A stretch of 64,000 nt of DNA from a bacterium. GTDB lineage: Bacteria > Patescibacteriota > Minisyncoccia > Portnoybacterales > JAKAHB01. Numbering within the stretch: position 1 is the stretch's first letter; every line of letters begins with the position of its first letter. Both the position numbers and the translations under genes were made by a program. Positions 35,221 to 44,982 of this stretch are shown one piece after another. A model generated the notes under the pieces. The model ran no database searches. It saw only the letters and a list, made by a program, of their open reading frames with translations, and was not told the DNA's origin. The stretch is taken from positions 6,427 through 70,426 of the forward strand of contig JAKAHB010000002.1 of the NCBI GenBank assembly GCA_021815315.1, in the 5' to 3' direction.

Positions 35221-36501
35221 TTAGATTTTTAAAATTTTTTCAAACGCTTTTTTGTCTTGATGCGGACCAATCAAGGCCAAGTTCAGCCCCCTGTTCACAA
35301 AATACTTTTTGGCTACCCGCTTGATGTCATTGACGCCCACTGCCTTTATTTTGTCAAACATTTGTTCCGGTGTCAAAATTTTATTCTCCAAAAGTTCCTG
35401 TTTACCCAAAAAACTGGCGGTAGCGCTTGAGCCTTCCAACGCGAGCGCCGAGCTTCCGATGAAATTGCTTTTTGCGGTCTCAACCTCTTTTTTTGAAAAT
35501 TTGCCGTCTTTTATTTTTTTAAACTCGTTTAAGATTATCTTCACCACTTCGGGTGTCTTATCGTTCATGATTCCGGCTTGAGCCCCGATTGAGCCGCAGT
35601 CGGTGTCAAAATCAACAAAAGAGTGGATGTAATAAGCCCAACCTCTTTTTTCTCTGATTTCCTGAAAAAAGCGTGAACTCATATACCCGCCCAAAAGTCC
35701 GCCCAGAACAGCCAGGGCGAATCTGTCTTTTTCTTCTTCGGGCCTTAGGCCAACCCCGCGAAAACCGACCAACAAGTGGGTCTGGTCCGTTTCTTTAAAA
35801 CCCAAGAGAAGCTCCGGCTTTTGCTGCCCGTTTTTCACTGGCAATTTATTTTTGGCTTGCCCGCTTCCCAGCTGGCCGAATAATTTTTCCAGCTCCGCCA
35901 TGATGTTTTTTGCTTGCGAAAAGTTTCCCGCCACGACAACCAAACTACTTTTTGCCTTATACTGGGAATTTCTATAGTCCAAAATTTCTTTTCTGGAAAT
36001 ACTTTTTATCACCTTTTTCTCTCCTAAAATAGTTCGGCCGGCCGGCTGATCCCCGTGCACAATTTCATTCCAAAGATTAGTGACTTTTTCCATGGGCAAA
36101 TCTTCATACATGTTTATCTCTTCCAAAATTACGCCTCTTTCTTTTTCAATTTCTTTTTCCGGCAACAAAGAATGAATAGCAATGTCGGAAACAACGTCCA
36201 GGGCCAGCAATAAATTTTGATAGTTGCTTTTGACATAATAGCCGGTGTATTCCTCGCCGGTAAAAGCGTTTATCTGGCCGCCAATGGCATCAATTTCCGC
36301 CGTGATGTCTTTGGGATTGGGCCTTTTCTTTGTTCCCTTAAAGGCCAGGTGCTCCAGAAAATGCGACACCCCATTTATTTTCTTTGTCTCATACTTTGAA
36401 CCAGTGCCAATCAAAAAAAGCACCGTGACCGTCTCGATGTTTTCCACGGGCGCCAAAATGACCCGCAAACCGTTTTTTAAAACGTGTTTTTCAAATTTCA
36501 T
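35221..36501 (-). CDS. M16 family zinc peptidase (insulinase-like)
   Basis: Inverted zinc motif HFLEHLAFKGT (HxxEH). Confidence 0.85.
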   Translation of the reverse strand: MKFEKHVLKNGLRVILAPVENIETVTVLFLIGTGSKYETKKINGVSHFLEHLAFKGTKKRPNPKDITAEIDAIGGQINAFTGEEYTGYYVKSNYQNLLLALDVVSDIAIHSLLPEKEIEKERGVILEEINMYEDLPMEKVTNLWNEIVHGDQPAGRTILGEKKVIKSISRKEILDYRNSQYKAKSSLVVVAGNFSQAKNIMAELEKLFGQLGSGQAKNKLPVKNGQQKPELLLGFKETDQTHLLVGFRGVGLRPEEEKDRFALAVLGGLLGGYMSSRFFQEIREKRGWAYYIHSFVDFDTDCGSIGAQAGIMNDKTPEVVKIILNEFKKIKDGKFSKKEVETAKSNFIGSSALALEGSSATASFLGKQELLENKILTPEQMFDKIKAVGVNDIKRVAKKYFVNRGLNLALIGPHQDKKAFEKILKI

Positions 36502-36561
36502 AAAATGCTAAAATAAATGTAGACACTATGCCAAACGCACAAAAGGCGAAAGAGTTTCGCC

Positions 36562-36768
36562 TTATTTTTCCTCCCAGCGATAAGCGATTTTGGCGTCAAC
36601 ACGAAATTCATTAATCTGACCGTCTTTAACATCAACTGTCTGATTGACAACGTGTGCCCCGCTAACTTTTTTTCCGGCTCTTATTTCTCTCTCAATGATT
36701 TGACGCAAGGCGTCTTCAAAAGAAGTTTCTGACGTTCCAACTACTTCGCGAATTTTTATGATCGCCAT
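36562..36768 (-). CDS. dodecin family flavin-binding protein
   Basis: 68 aa reading IIKIREVVGTSETSFEDAL...VKDGQINEFRVDAKIAYRWE, which is dodecin-like. Confidence 0.65.
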   Translation of the reverse strand: MAIIKIREVVGTSETSFEDALRQIIEREIRAGKKVSGAHVVNQTVDVKDGQINEFRVDAKIAYRWEEK

Positions 36769-36871
36769 AGGGCAAAATTTTTAATTTCCAATTTTTAATT
36801 TCCGAACAACGGCCAAGCAACGCCGTGTTTCAAGCCTTAAAAATTAAGAAATCGTTTGAAAAAATTAAAAA

Positions 36872-38191
36872 TTATCGCAATTTTTCTTCCAAATATTTCT
36901 TTAATTCTCCAACCTTCACTCGCTCTTGTTTCATCGTGTCTCTGTCTCGCACCGTCACGTCGTTGTCCTCCAGACTTTCAAAATCAACCGTCACGCAAAA
37001 CGGCGTGCCGATCTCATCCTGCCGACGATAACGTTTGCCGACGTTGCCATTGTCGTCAAATTCGGTCGCATAGTTTTCCTTCAGCAGGGTAAAAATCTCT
37101 TTGGCCTTGGCTACCAGTTCCGGCTTATTTTTTAGCAAAGGGAACACCGCCACTTTGTAAGGAGCGATGTTCGGCTGAAATTTTAAAACGACTCTCGTCT
37201 CTCCGTTTTCCAGTTTCTCTTCGTTATACGCGGTGGCCAGAATCGCCAAAACAGTTCGGTCCACGCCAAAAGTCGGTTCAATCACGTGGGGAATAAATCG
37301 GCGATTGGCGCTGTCGTCAAAATATTCTAGATTTTCTCCCGACATTTCTTGGTGGCGCGACAAATCGTAATCGGTGCGATAGGCAATAGCCCAAAGCTCA
37401 TCCAGCCCCCAGGGAAATTGATATTCAATGTCAATGGTTCGCTTGGAATAGAAAGCGCGATCTTGGTCATCGATTTCGTGATTATAAAAGTTTTCTTTGG
37501 GCAAACCGATTTTTTCGGCAAAGCCATAAATATAATCCACCCACCCGTTAAATATTTTATTCCAGTCGCTATCCGGGTTGATAAAATATTCAATCTCCAT
37601 TTGTTCAAATTCCAACATCCTGAAAATAAACTGGCCGGCGGTGATTTCATTACGAAAGGCCTTACCCATTTGTCCGATGCCAAAGGGAATTTTTTTATTG
37701 GTTGAATTTAAAACGTTTTTATAGTTTATAAAAATCGCTCCCGCGGTTTCGGGCCGCAAATAAGCTTCCAGCGCGTCTTTTTCCACCGGGCCGATAGCGG
37801 TTTTAAACATTCCCGAAAACATTTTTTGCTCGGTAAACTCACCGCCGCAATCGGGGCACTTGGACGGGTCTTTCAGCTTGTCGGGCCGAAACCTTTGGTG
37901 GCATTCCTTGCACTCCACCAAAGCGTCTTTAAAATTGCTGACATGGCCGGAAGCCTCCCAAACTTTGGGATTTAAGATAATATTGCCGTCAATGCCGGTC
38001 ATATCTTCGCGATCGCGCACAAAATATTTCCACCAAAGTTGTTTGATGTTGTTTTTCAGCTCCGCGCCCAAGGGACCGTAGTCGTAGGAATTGGCCAATC
38101 CGCCATAGATTTCCGAACCCGGAAAAACAAAACCGCGACGCTTGGCCAAAGAAACAATTTTTTCCATTTGATTTTGGTTTTTTTCACTCAT
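36872..38191 (-). CDS. glyQS: glycyl-tRNA synthetase (dimeric class II form)
   Basis: 439 aa GlyRS. A T-box leader lies upstream. Confidence 0.95.
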   Translation of the reverse strand: MSEKNQNQMEKIVSLAKRRGFVFPGSEIYGGLANSYDYGPLGAELKNNIKQLWWKYFVRDREDMTGIDGNIILNPKVWEASGHVSNFKDALVECKECHQRFRPDKLKDPSKCPDCGGEFTEQKMFSGMFKTAIGPVEKDALEAYLRPETAGAIFINYKNVLNSTNKKIPFGIGQMGKAFRNEITAGQFIFRMLEFEQMEIEYFINPDSDWNKIFNGWVDYIYGFAEKIGLPKENFYNHEIDDQDRAFYSKRTIDIEYQFPWGLDELWAIAYRTDYDLSRHQEMSGENLEYFDDSANRRFIPHVIEPTFGVDRTVLAILATAYNEEKLENGETRVVLKFQPNIAPYKVAVFPLLKNKPELVAKAKEIFTLLKENYATEFDDNGNVGKRYRRQDEIGTPFCVTVDFESLEDNDVTVRDRDTMKQERVKVGELKKYLEEKLR

Positions 38192-38194
38192 ATC

Positions 38195-38360
38195 TTCTAA
38201 TTTTTGGGACTAAAAAGCTCGTCCCAAACACACAATCAAAAATTATCTGTTCGGGACGAGCTTTCCAACCCGCGGTTCCACCCGAATTCCCTGCCTTATA
38301 AAAGACAGGGCTCTCTTAAAATTTTTCCCGAAGGAGCCAATCCCTTCAGACATCCACCGC
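38195..38360 (-). ncRNA. T-box riboswitch leader of glyQS
   Basis: Minus-strand sequence AAUUCGGGUGGAACCGCGGG matches the T-box consensus AAUUAGGGUGGUACCGCGG (plus-strand coordinates 38269-38288). It is followed by the terminator hairpin aaagctcgtccc...gggacgagcttttt (38204-38263). The UGGA bulge would pair with a U73 discriminator, as in tRNA-Gly. Confidence 0.8.
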
Positions 38361-38363
38361 CTT

Positions 38364-38393
38364 TATTTTAGGCCAAAAGGAATCTTGAGTCAA
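38364..38393 (-). promoter_or_regulatory. sigma-70 promoter TTGACT-17-TAAAAT for the glyQS T-box leader
   Basis: Minus-strand reading gives TTGACTcaagattccttttggccTAAAAT. Confidence 0.55.
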
Positions 38394-38481
38394 CTTTTGT
38401 TTGATAAAGACTAAAAAAGAACGAGTTCTATAAAGGCCCGTCCTTGGGCTAGTCTTAGTCTTTTTTTTCTCCAGCCTTACT

Positions 38482-39678
38482 TCAGGGCTCCAAAGCCTTC
38501 ATCAAATCCAAATAAAACTTAAGGTTATGGAGTGTTCCCAGGCGCAAAGCCAGGGGTTCTTTAACCGCAAAAAGATGCCGAAGATAAGCCCGGGAATAAT
38601 TCCGACAAAGCGGGCAATCGCACAGCGGATCAACCGGCAAAAAATCTTCCCTATATTTTTCATTATTAATATTTATCGTAGAATAAAAAAGATCTTTGTT
38701 ATTGGAAATTTCAGCCAAAGACTGATCCGCCTGGGGCGGAGTTTGGAAATTTGAAATTAGAAATTCGAAATTGTTCTTCCGCAGGAAAAGCCGCCCGTGC
38801 CTTCCTTCGCGCGTCGGAATGACGCAGTCAAACATATCCACGCCCAGCTTGACCGCTTTGACAATTTCTTCCGGCCGACCCAGCCCCATCAAGTATCGCG
38901 GTTTATCTTCGGGTAAAAGCGGCAACACCCATTTTAGAACTTCCCAAAAATGTTTTCGCGGTTCGCCCACCGCCACTCCACCGATGGCGTAACCATCCAA
39001 ATCAATATTCAAAATCTGCCGAGCCGACTCTTCCCGCAAGTCTTTATAAATTGACCCCTGAATAATGCCGAATAGAAGAGGTCTTTTTTCTTTTGGCAAT
39101 TTTTTTGTTTTTTGGTCAAAGTATTTTTTGCAACGCTCCGCCCACCTGGTCGTCAGTTCCAGTGACTTTTTGGCATAATCATGGCTGCAAGGATAGCCCG
39201 GACATTCGTCCAAACACATGATAATGTCGGACCCCAAATCCAGTTGAACTTGGATTGACTTTTCCGGCGTTAAAAAATGTTTGCTCCCGTCAATCGGATC
39301 GGAGAACTCAACCCCTTCTTCGCTCAATTTAACTTTGCTCCTCTTATTGCCTTCTTTGATATTTTTTCTTTGTCGGTCACCCAGCGAAAAAACCTGGAAA
39401 CCGCCGGAGTCGGTTAGAATCGGTCCGGGCCAATTCATAAATTTGTGCAAACCGCCCGCTTTTTTTATCAAGTCGTTCCCCGGCCGCAACCACAGGTGGT
39501 AGGTGTTGCCCAACACTATTTGCGCTCCCAAATTTCGCAATTCCTCCGGGTTCAAACTTTTTACCGCTCCTTTGGTGGCGATGGGCATAAAAAACGGGGC
39601 TTTAATTTCCCCGTGTGGTGTCTGCAATATTTTAGATTTTTTCTGCTTCTTTTTGCCGGCAGTCATAAAACTATTCAC
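38482..39678 (-). CDS. tgt: queuine tRNA-ribosyltransferase
   Basis: TGT motifs (LDGYAIGGVAVGE) and C-terminal zinc cysteines (CDCPLC). Confidence 0.9.
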   Translation of the reverse strand: MNSFMTAGKKKQKKSKILQTPHGEIKAPFFMPIATKGAVKSLNPEELRNLGAQIVLGNTYHLWLRPGNDLIKKAGGLHKFMNWPGPILTDSGGFQVFSLGDRQRKNIKEGNKRSKVKLSEEGVEFSDPIDGSKHFLTPEKSIQVQLDLGSDIIMCLDECPGYPCSHDYAKKSLELTTRWAERCKKYFDQKTKKLPKEKRPLLFGIIQGSIYKDLREESARQILNIDLDGYAIGGVAVGEPRKHFWEVLKWVLPLLPEDKPRYLMGLGRPEEIVKAVKLGVDMFDCVIPTREGRHGRLFLRKNNFEFLISNFQTPPQADQSLAEISNNKDLFYSTININNEKYREDFLPVDPLCDCPLCRNYSRAYLRHLFAVKEPLALRLGTLHNLKFYLDLMKALEP

Positions 39679-41566
39679 TTATATTATAAGCGCTTCTGTC
39701 CATTTTGGTATCATTAAAAAGCTCCGTCGTCAAGGCATCGTTTTGGCTACTCAAAGAGGCTCCGGTAAAAGTATCTTTGGCAGAGAAGCTTGATTTTTGC
39801 AGCAATTCAGCCGGCCGACCCGCCTGGATGATGGATGGGGTTAAAGCCACCTGAAAAATTGCTTGCCTGGCCGGCGTCAGAAAACCGGTGCCGGCATTAA
39901 GGCCGCCCACCTGCCAAGTGATTTTTCTGGTAGAAGAATCAAAAGATATTTTTTCGCTACCGGGAGAGGTTGCGCTCTGCCAAGCGACATTGCCCGGCAA
40001 AAATGCTTCCACCTTGGTGTCAGACAAATTATTGGAAGCGTTGGTTAGGCTCCAGTAAATCGTGTAGGTGGTCGTCTGCCCGACTTTGGGCGGCAAAGGG
40101 CCGGAGTTGGCGAAAGTCTGATCATAAAAATATCCTCTGGTTTTTAACTCATAAAAAGAATTCAATCTCACTTCTAAAATATTTTCACTGCCCAGTTGCG
40201 TCCCCAATAAAGAAAGAGGGACGTTGGGAGAAGTGATTTTTGCGTCCGTTTTAATCGTCAATTTACTGTCTTTGGAGCTATTTATAACCGGTTTGTTCTT
40301 GACCAACACTCTGAAAGTAACGGTCCCCTCCTGTTCTTTGTCCAAAGAACCCAGGGCGTTTACCCCTTCGTTGGTCCAGGTGACCGTATTGGTATTGCTG
40401 TTAAAAGATCCTTTATCAACGTTAAGCGATTTTAAATCCAAAACCGCGGAATCAAGCTGAACGCTCACGGTTACCCCGTTAATCAACTCCTTGCTGGTAT
40501 TTTTGAAAGTCAGATCATATTTTAGTTGCTCTCCCCAGTTGGCCGTATAGCTTGATGACTCATTAACTTTTTGCGTGATAGAGAGCGGTGCTTGGGCGAT
40601 TTGGCTTGACTTTAAAGTCCTGGTCAATTCCGTGAATTGCCCGTTTCTTTCCACTCCCAAGATTGCTTCAAAAGACTTGACTTCTCCGCCATCGCCGTTT
40701 AAAACACCGGAAATTTTTATCTCCCCGCTTTCTCCGGCTGAAATTTGGTCAAATTTCCAAATAATTTTTTCCTCGCTGGGATCGGGCAGCGCCTCTTGAA
40801 AGGTAAAGCCGTTGGGATATTTAACAATCAATTTCAAGTCTTTGAAAGCGATGGATGAATCGTTTAGATAGTTCAAGCTCAAATTAACTTTTTGGCCGCT
40901 CACAATGTTCTCCGGCAAGTTAAGACTCAAAATCAACGGCACGGCCACAATAGCCGTTTCCGCGCTGGCTTCCGCTTCGTAAAGAGAGTTGATGTTTTGA
41001 GGGCGGAAAGAAAGTCGGGCCTTGATTTCTTTGGTGTCCCCCTTCAAGCCCGTTAACTGAACTTTGAATTCTTCCTGCTTTTCTTCGCCCACTTTGATTG
41101 TTCCGAGGGTTTTTTCCACAAAAAGATTTTTTTGTTCTTGTTCCCCTTCAACGATTGACCCTTGTGGAAAGTAGAAGGTCAATTTCACGTCCTGTAAGTC
41201 AACTTTATTTTTGTTACGATAGCGCACCACGTAATTAACCGTTTCGCCGCTGACAATCTTTTCGGGTCCATACACGTTTAATTCCAGATTTTTTTTGGCA
41301 AAAGAAAAATAGCCATAGAAAAAAACCGCGGCCGCGGCCAAAAGCAAAACTCCCGCCGTCAGCAAACCGTAGAGACGGAATTTTTTATTGCCAAGCAGAG
41401 CGAGCAACTTGTTGCTTTTGGGGGTGGCAATGCTTTCTTCCCGCCATTGCTCGGCACTGATTTTTTCGCTGATCTTGCCGGGCTGGTATTCACCGGGAGC
41501 TTGCGGTCTTTCTTCAAAGGTGGCTCCTTCTTTATAAAGCCGCTTGCGCAGTTCTTCTAGGTCCAT
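39671..41566 (-). CDS. membrane-anchored surface protein with repeated beta-sandwich (DUF11/CARDB-like) domains
   Basis: 631 aa with a cytoplasmic N-terminus, a single TM helix, then repetitive Ig-like segments. It overlaps the tgt start by 8 nt. Confidence 0.45.
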   Translation of the reverse strand: MDLEELRKRLYKEGATFEERPQAPGEYQPGKISEKISAEQWREESIATPKSNKLLALLGNKKFRLYGLLTAGVLLLAAAAVFFYGYFSFAKKNLELNVYGPEKIVSGETVNYVVRYRNKNKVDLQDVKLTFYFPQGSIVEGEQEQKNLFVEKTLGTIKVGEEKQEEFKVQLTGLKGDTKEIKARLSFRPQNINSLYEAEASAETAIVAVPLILSLNLPENIVSGQKVNLSLNYLNDSSIAFKDLKLIVKYPNGFTFQEALPDPSEEKIIWKFDQISAGESGEIKISGVLNGDGGEVKSFEAILGVERNGQFTELTRTLKSSQIAQAPLSITQKVNESSSYTANWGEQLKYDLTFKNTSKELINGVTVSVQLDSAVLDLKSLNVDKGSFNSNTNTVTWTNEGVNALGSLDKEQEGTVTFRVLVKNKPVINSSKDSKLTIKTDAKITSPNVPLSLLGTQLGSENILEVRLNSFYELKTRGYFYDQTFANSGPLPPKVGQTTTYTIYWSLTNASNNLSDTKVEAFLPGNVAWQSATSPGSEKISFDSSTRKITWQVGGLNAGTGFLTPARQAIFQVALTPSIIQAGRPAELLQKSSFSAKDTFTGASLSSQNDALTTELFNDTKMDRSAYNISE

Positions 41567-41770
41567 AAAATATCAAGACTAGTGAGTTATTTCTTATATT
41601 TTATAATACTTTGGCCTAATAGTCCACTTCAAGCCAGGCTTGATCTTTAATTCAGGATTTCAAATGTTTGAAAATTAAAAATTAGAAACAGAGGAATTTC
41701 CGCCGATTATTGCCAAGGGCGCCCTTTTTCCTCTATACTAACTAAAAATACCCTTAATGATCCTTGTCTT

Positions 41771-43012
41771 ATGCGTCAATCCCAACTTTTCACCAAAACT
41801 CAAAAACAGGCTCCCAAAGACGAAGTTTCCCTAAACGCCCAGCTGCTCATTCGGGGCGGTTTTGTGGATAAAGAAATGGCCGGGGTCTATTCTTTTTTGC
41901 CGCTGGGTTGGCGGGTTCTCAATAAAATTATCGCCATCATCCGCCAAGAGATGAACGCTATCGGCGGGCAAGAGCTTTTTTTAACCGCCTTGCAGAATCC
42001 GGAGCTTTGGAAAAAAACCAAGCGCTGGGACGATGAAGTGGTGGACGACTGGTTTAAAACCAAACTTAAAAACGACAACGAGCTGGGGCTTTCTTTCACT
42101 CACGAAGAACCGCTGACCAACCTGGCGGTCAAACACGTTGGCTCATACAAAGACCTGCCCAAATACGTCTATCAATTCCAAACCAAATTCCGCAACGAAT
42201 TGCGCGCCAAATCCGGCATTTTGCGCGGCCGCGAATTCATTATGAAAGACCTCTATTCTTTCAACGCCGACCAAGCGGGATTGGACGCCTTTTACGAACA
42301 AGCCAAAGCGGCCTATAAAAAAATCTTTGACCGTTGCGGCATCGGCGAAAAAACTTTTTTGACCTTCGCTTCGGGCGGGTCATTTTCCAAATACAGCCAC
42401 GAATTTCAAGCCGTCTGCGAGGCCGGAGAAGATTTAATCTACATCAGCCAGAAAAAAAATATCGCCATCAACAAAGAAGTCCACAACGACGAGGTTTTGG
42501 CGGACTTGGGGCTGGAAAAAGAAGCCTTGACCGAAGCCAAAGCCATTGAAGTCGGCAACATCTTCAAACTGGGCACTAAATTTTCCCAAGCCTTGGGACT
42601 CAAGTATAAAGACGAAGAAGGCCAAGAGCAAAACGTGGTAATGGGTAGTTACGGCATCGGCCCGGGTCGCTTAATGGGCACGGTGGTTGAATTAAACAAT
42701 GACGAACGCGGCATTGTTTGGCCCGAAGCGGTCGCCCCTTTCCGAGTCCACCTGCTTCAGCTCGGCGACACGCAAAAAGAAGCCGAGAAAATTTATCATG
42801 ATCTCCAAGCGCAAAACATTGAGGCCCTTTTTGATGACCGCGATACCACCCCCGGCCAAAAATTCGCCGATGCCGATTTGATCGGTATTCCTTATCGCCT
42901 GGTTGTTTCCTCAAAGACCTTAGAAAAAAATTCCGTTGAACTCAAAAAGCGGAGCGAAGAAAAAACAGAGCTGGTTAAAATTCCAGATGTTGTTAAATAT
43001 TTTGAGTGCTAG
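41771..43012 (+). CDS. proS: prolyl-tRNA synthetase (short form without editing domain)
   Basis: Class II motifs with a ProRS-like core; 413 aa. Confidence 0.9.
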   Translation: MRQSQLFTKTQKQAPKDEVSLNAQLLIRGGFVDKEMAGVYSFLPLGWRVLNKIIAIIRQEMNAIGGQELFLTALQNPELWKKTKRWDDEVVDDWFKTKLKNDNELGLSFTHEEPLTNLAVKHVGSYKDLPKYVYQFQTKFRNELRAKSGILRGREFIMKDLYSFNADQAGLDAFYEQAKAAYKKIFDRCGIGEKTFLTFASGGSFSKYSHEFQAVCEAGEDLIYISQKKNIAINKEVHNDEVLADLGLEKEALTEAKAIEVGNIFKLGTKFSQALGLKYKDEEGQEQNVVMGSYGIGPGRLMGTVVELNNDERGIVWPEAVAPFRVHLLQLGDTQKEAEKIYHDLQAQNIEALFDDRDTTPGQKFADADLIGIPYRLVVSSKTLEKNSVELKKRSEEKTELVKIPDVVKYFEC

Positions 43013-43098
43013 AGCTTTTGCCTAATACGCGGGGTTGGGTAAACAATACGAAAGTACTTCGCGTATAAACAAGTTAGGTAGAAATTCAAAAATTCCCC

Positions 43099-43608
43099 AT
43101 GAACATTGAACAAGACTGGGTAAATCCCAAAGTTGGGGTAAAAGACAGCCCAATCAGCGGAAAGGGTATTTTTGCTGATGCCAATATTAAACGAGGTGAA
43201 AAAATCATCGTCTGGGGTGGTGGATACACTAATTCAATTGGCGCAGAAGAAGCAAGAAAAAAAGGCAAACTAGTAATGCAATGGGACGATGATCTTTACA
43301 GCATTGAAGACTCAGGAAACGACAACGGATATTTCGTTAATCATTCCTGCGACCCAAATGTGTGGCTGCTAGACGCATATACTCTAAGCACAAAAAGAGA
43401 TGTTGAGGCGGGCGAAGAGCTTACAGCTGATTATGCAACGTGGGAAGCGAACGAAAATTATTTATCAAAATGGAATTGCAAATGCCACTCGCCCTTATGC
43501 CGGGCCAAAGTCACCGGAAAGGACTGGAGAGACCCAATACTGCAAGAACGCTATAAAGAACATTTTTCACCTCTCTTGAATAAACGTATTCAAAGATCGA
43601 AAAAATAG
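43099..43608 (+). CDS. SET-domain protein (putative protein lysine methyltransferase)
   Basis: 169 aa with GYFVNHSCDPN and ELTADY SET signatures, plus a Cys-rich post-SET (CKCHSPLC). Confidence 0.8.
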   Translation: MNIEQDWVNPKVGVKDSPISGKGIFADANIKRGEKIIVWGGGYTNSIGAEEARKKGKLVMQWDDDLYSIEDSGNDNGYFVNHSCDPNVWLLDAYTLSTKRDVEAGEELTADYATWEANENYLSKWNCKCHSPLCRAKVTGKDWRDPILQERYKEHFSPLLNKRIQRSKK

Positions 43609-43920
43609 TAAATATGCCGCGGTGGGAATTTTTTGAACATCGCACAACACGGCATATCTGGTTCGCAAGCTAAATAAAAAAACGTCGCCTTGCTTTAGAA
43701 GCTTGACGACGACGAGGTCGAAACATCAGGGCCGCTATAGATACGGCCGCCGGGTGGACCCGCAGCGCCACCGGGCATACGGACTTCGTCCGTATAGAAC
43801 TGCATCGACCTTCGTATTACTTATACTAGCGGAGAAAAATAGCATCTGTCAATGCGAATCCCGGGAGTTTCGCGCAAAGCTTGGCCTTTTGTGAAATCAT
43901 GCAACGTTAGTTAAACTATA

Positions 43921-43941
43921 AAACCGCCCAGAGGCGGTTTT
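43921..43941. terminator. bidirectional terminator hairpin
   Basis: aaaccgccc-aga-ggcggtttt. Confidence 0.6.
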
Positions 43942-43977
43942 ATAGTTTAACCCAAAGCTCGCGTCTTTTGTTTAACC

Positions 43978-44865
43978 CTACCAGCCTCCGCTTGAACCTC
44001 CGCCGCCCGAGCCGCCTCCGCCAAAACCGCCAAAGCCCCCGCCCGAGCCGCCTCCAAACCCGCCGCCGCCAATCCACCAGGGATAACTGCGACCGGACGC
44101 TTTGGCCTTTGAATAACTGCGCGAAACGATAAAGTCAAACAAGAACCCAAAAGGAATTAAAATAGCGATGGAAATAAGCCCGAAGAAAACAAAGCCCTTA
44201 ATCAGCCCGATAATCACCCCCGCGATTCCACCGATAACTCCTCCGGCCCACCAAGTTTTGCTCCGCCCTAAAAGACTGCCCAGCCAAACAAAACCGAAAA
44301 CGACCAGCCAAATTACCCACTCAATCGTTTTTAGGCTCGTCTTGCCGGGACTAGTTGTTTTTTCTTCGGGGACATATTCGCCTTTAGTGGCGGCAATAAT
44401 TTTGTCCGCCGCGCCGTTAACGCCGGCATAATAGTCGCCTTGTTGGAAAGCCGGCTTCATTTCGTTGTTAATAATCCAAGAACTTTGGGCATCCGTCAAT
44501 GCACCCTCCAAGCCATAGCCGACTTCAATCCGCATTTTTTTATCCTCCAGCGCCACCAGCACCAAAATGCCGTTATCTTTTCCTTTTTTGCCAATGCCCC
44601 ACTGCTTAAAAAGCTCTACCGCAAAATTATCAATGGTATCGCCGTTGAGGCTCTTAATCGTCACAACGGAAATTTCGTTGCTGGAGTCCTTCTCAAAAGC
44701 AGCCAGCTTTTGTTCTAGTTTATTTTTCTGATCGGCGCTAAAAACTCCGGCGAAATCATTGACAAAACCGCTCGGAGAACCGGGGCTATAATAAGCCAAG
44801 GCTAAAGAAGCGGGCGCTAGCAAGATAAATGCCGCCAGAATTATTTTTTTGAGAAAATTAAACAC
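43978..44865 (-). CDS. TPM-domain protein (YgcG-like) with a Gly-rich C-terminus
   Basis: Signal peptide, TPM phosphatase-like core (ISVVTIKSL...GILVLVALEDKKMRIEVGYGLEG), a TM helix and a GGGFGGGSGGG tail. Confidence 0.75.
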   Translation of the reverse strand: MFNFLKKIILAAFILLAPASLALAYYSPGSPSGFVNDFAGVFSADQKNKLEQKLAAFEKDSSNEISVVTIKSLNGDTIDNFAVELFKQWGIGKKGKDNGILVLVALEDKKMRIEVGYGLEGALTDAQSSWIINNEMKPAFQQGDYYAGVNGAADKIIAATKGEYVPEEKTTSPGKTSLKTIEWVIWLVVFGFVWLGSLLGRSKTWWAGGVIGGIAGVIIGLIKGFVFFGLISIAILIPFGFLFDFIVSRSYSKAKASGRSYPWWIGGGGFGGGSGGGFGGFGGGGSGGGGSSGGW

Positions 44866-44982
44866 AGAGCCCAGTTTTTAATTTTAAATCAATTTTAAAT
44901 GACTTAATTTCCAACAATGCCGTTTCGGACCTGACTAATCGTTTTTCATTTAAAATTTAAAATTGGAAATTTAAAATTTTTG

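Noticed and set aside
41567-41770. Possible T-box or riboswitch leader upstream of proS (hairpin gggcgccc followed by a T5 run at about 41717-41736).
   Set aside because: No T-box consensus or other recognisable riboswitch core. It may be just a terminator of an upstream transcript or simple attenuator-like hairpin. Evidence is insufficient.
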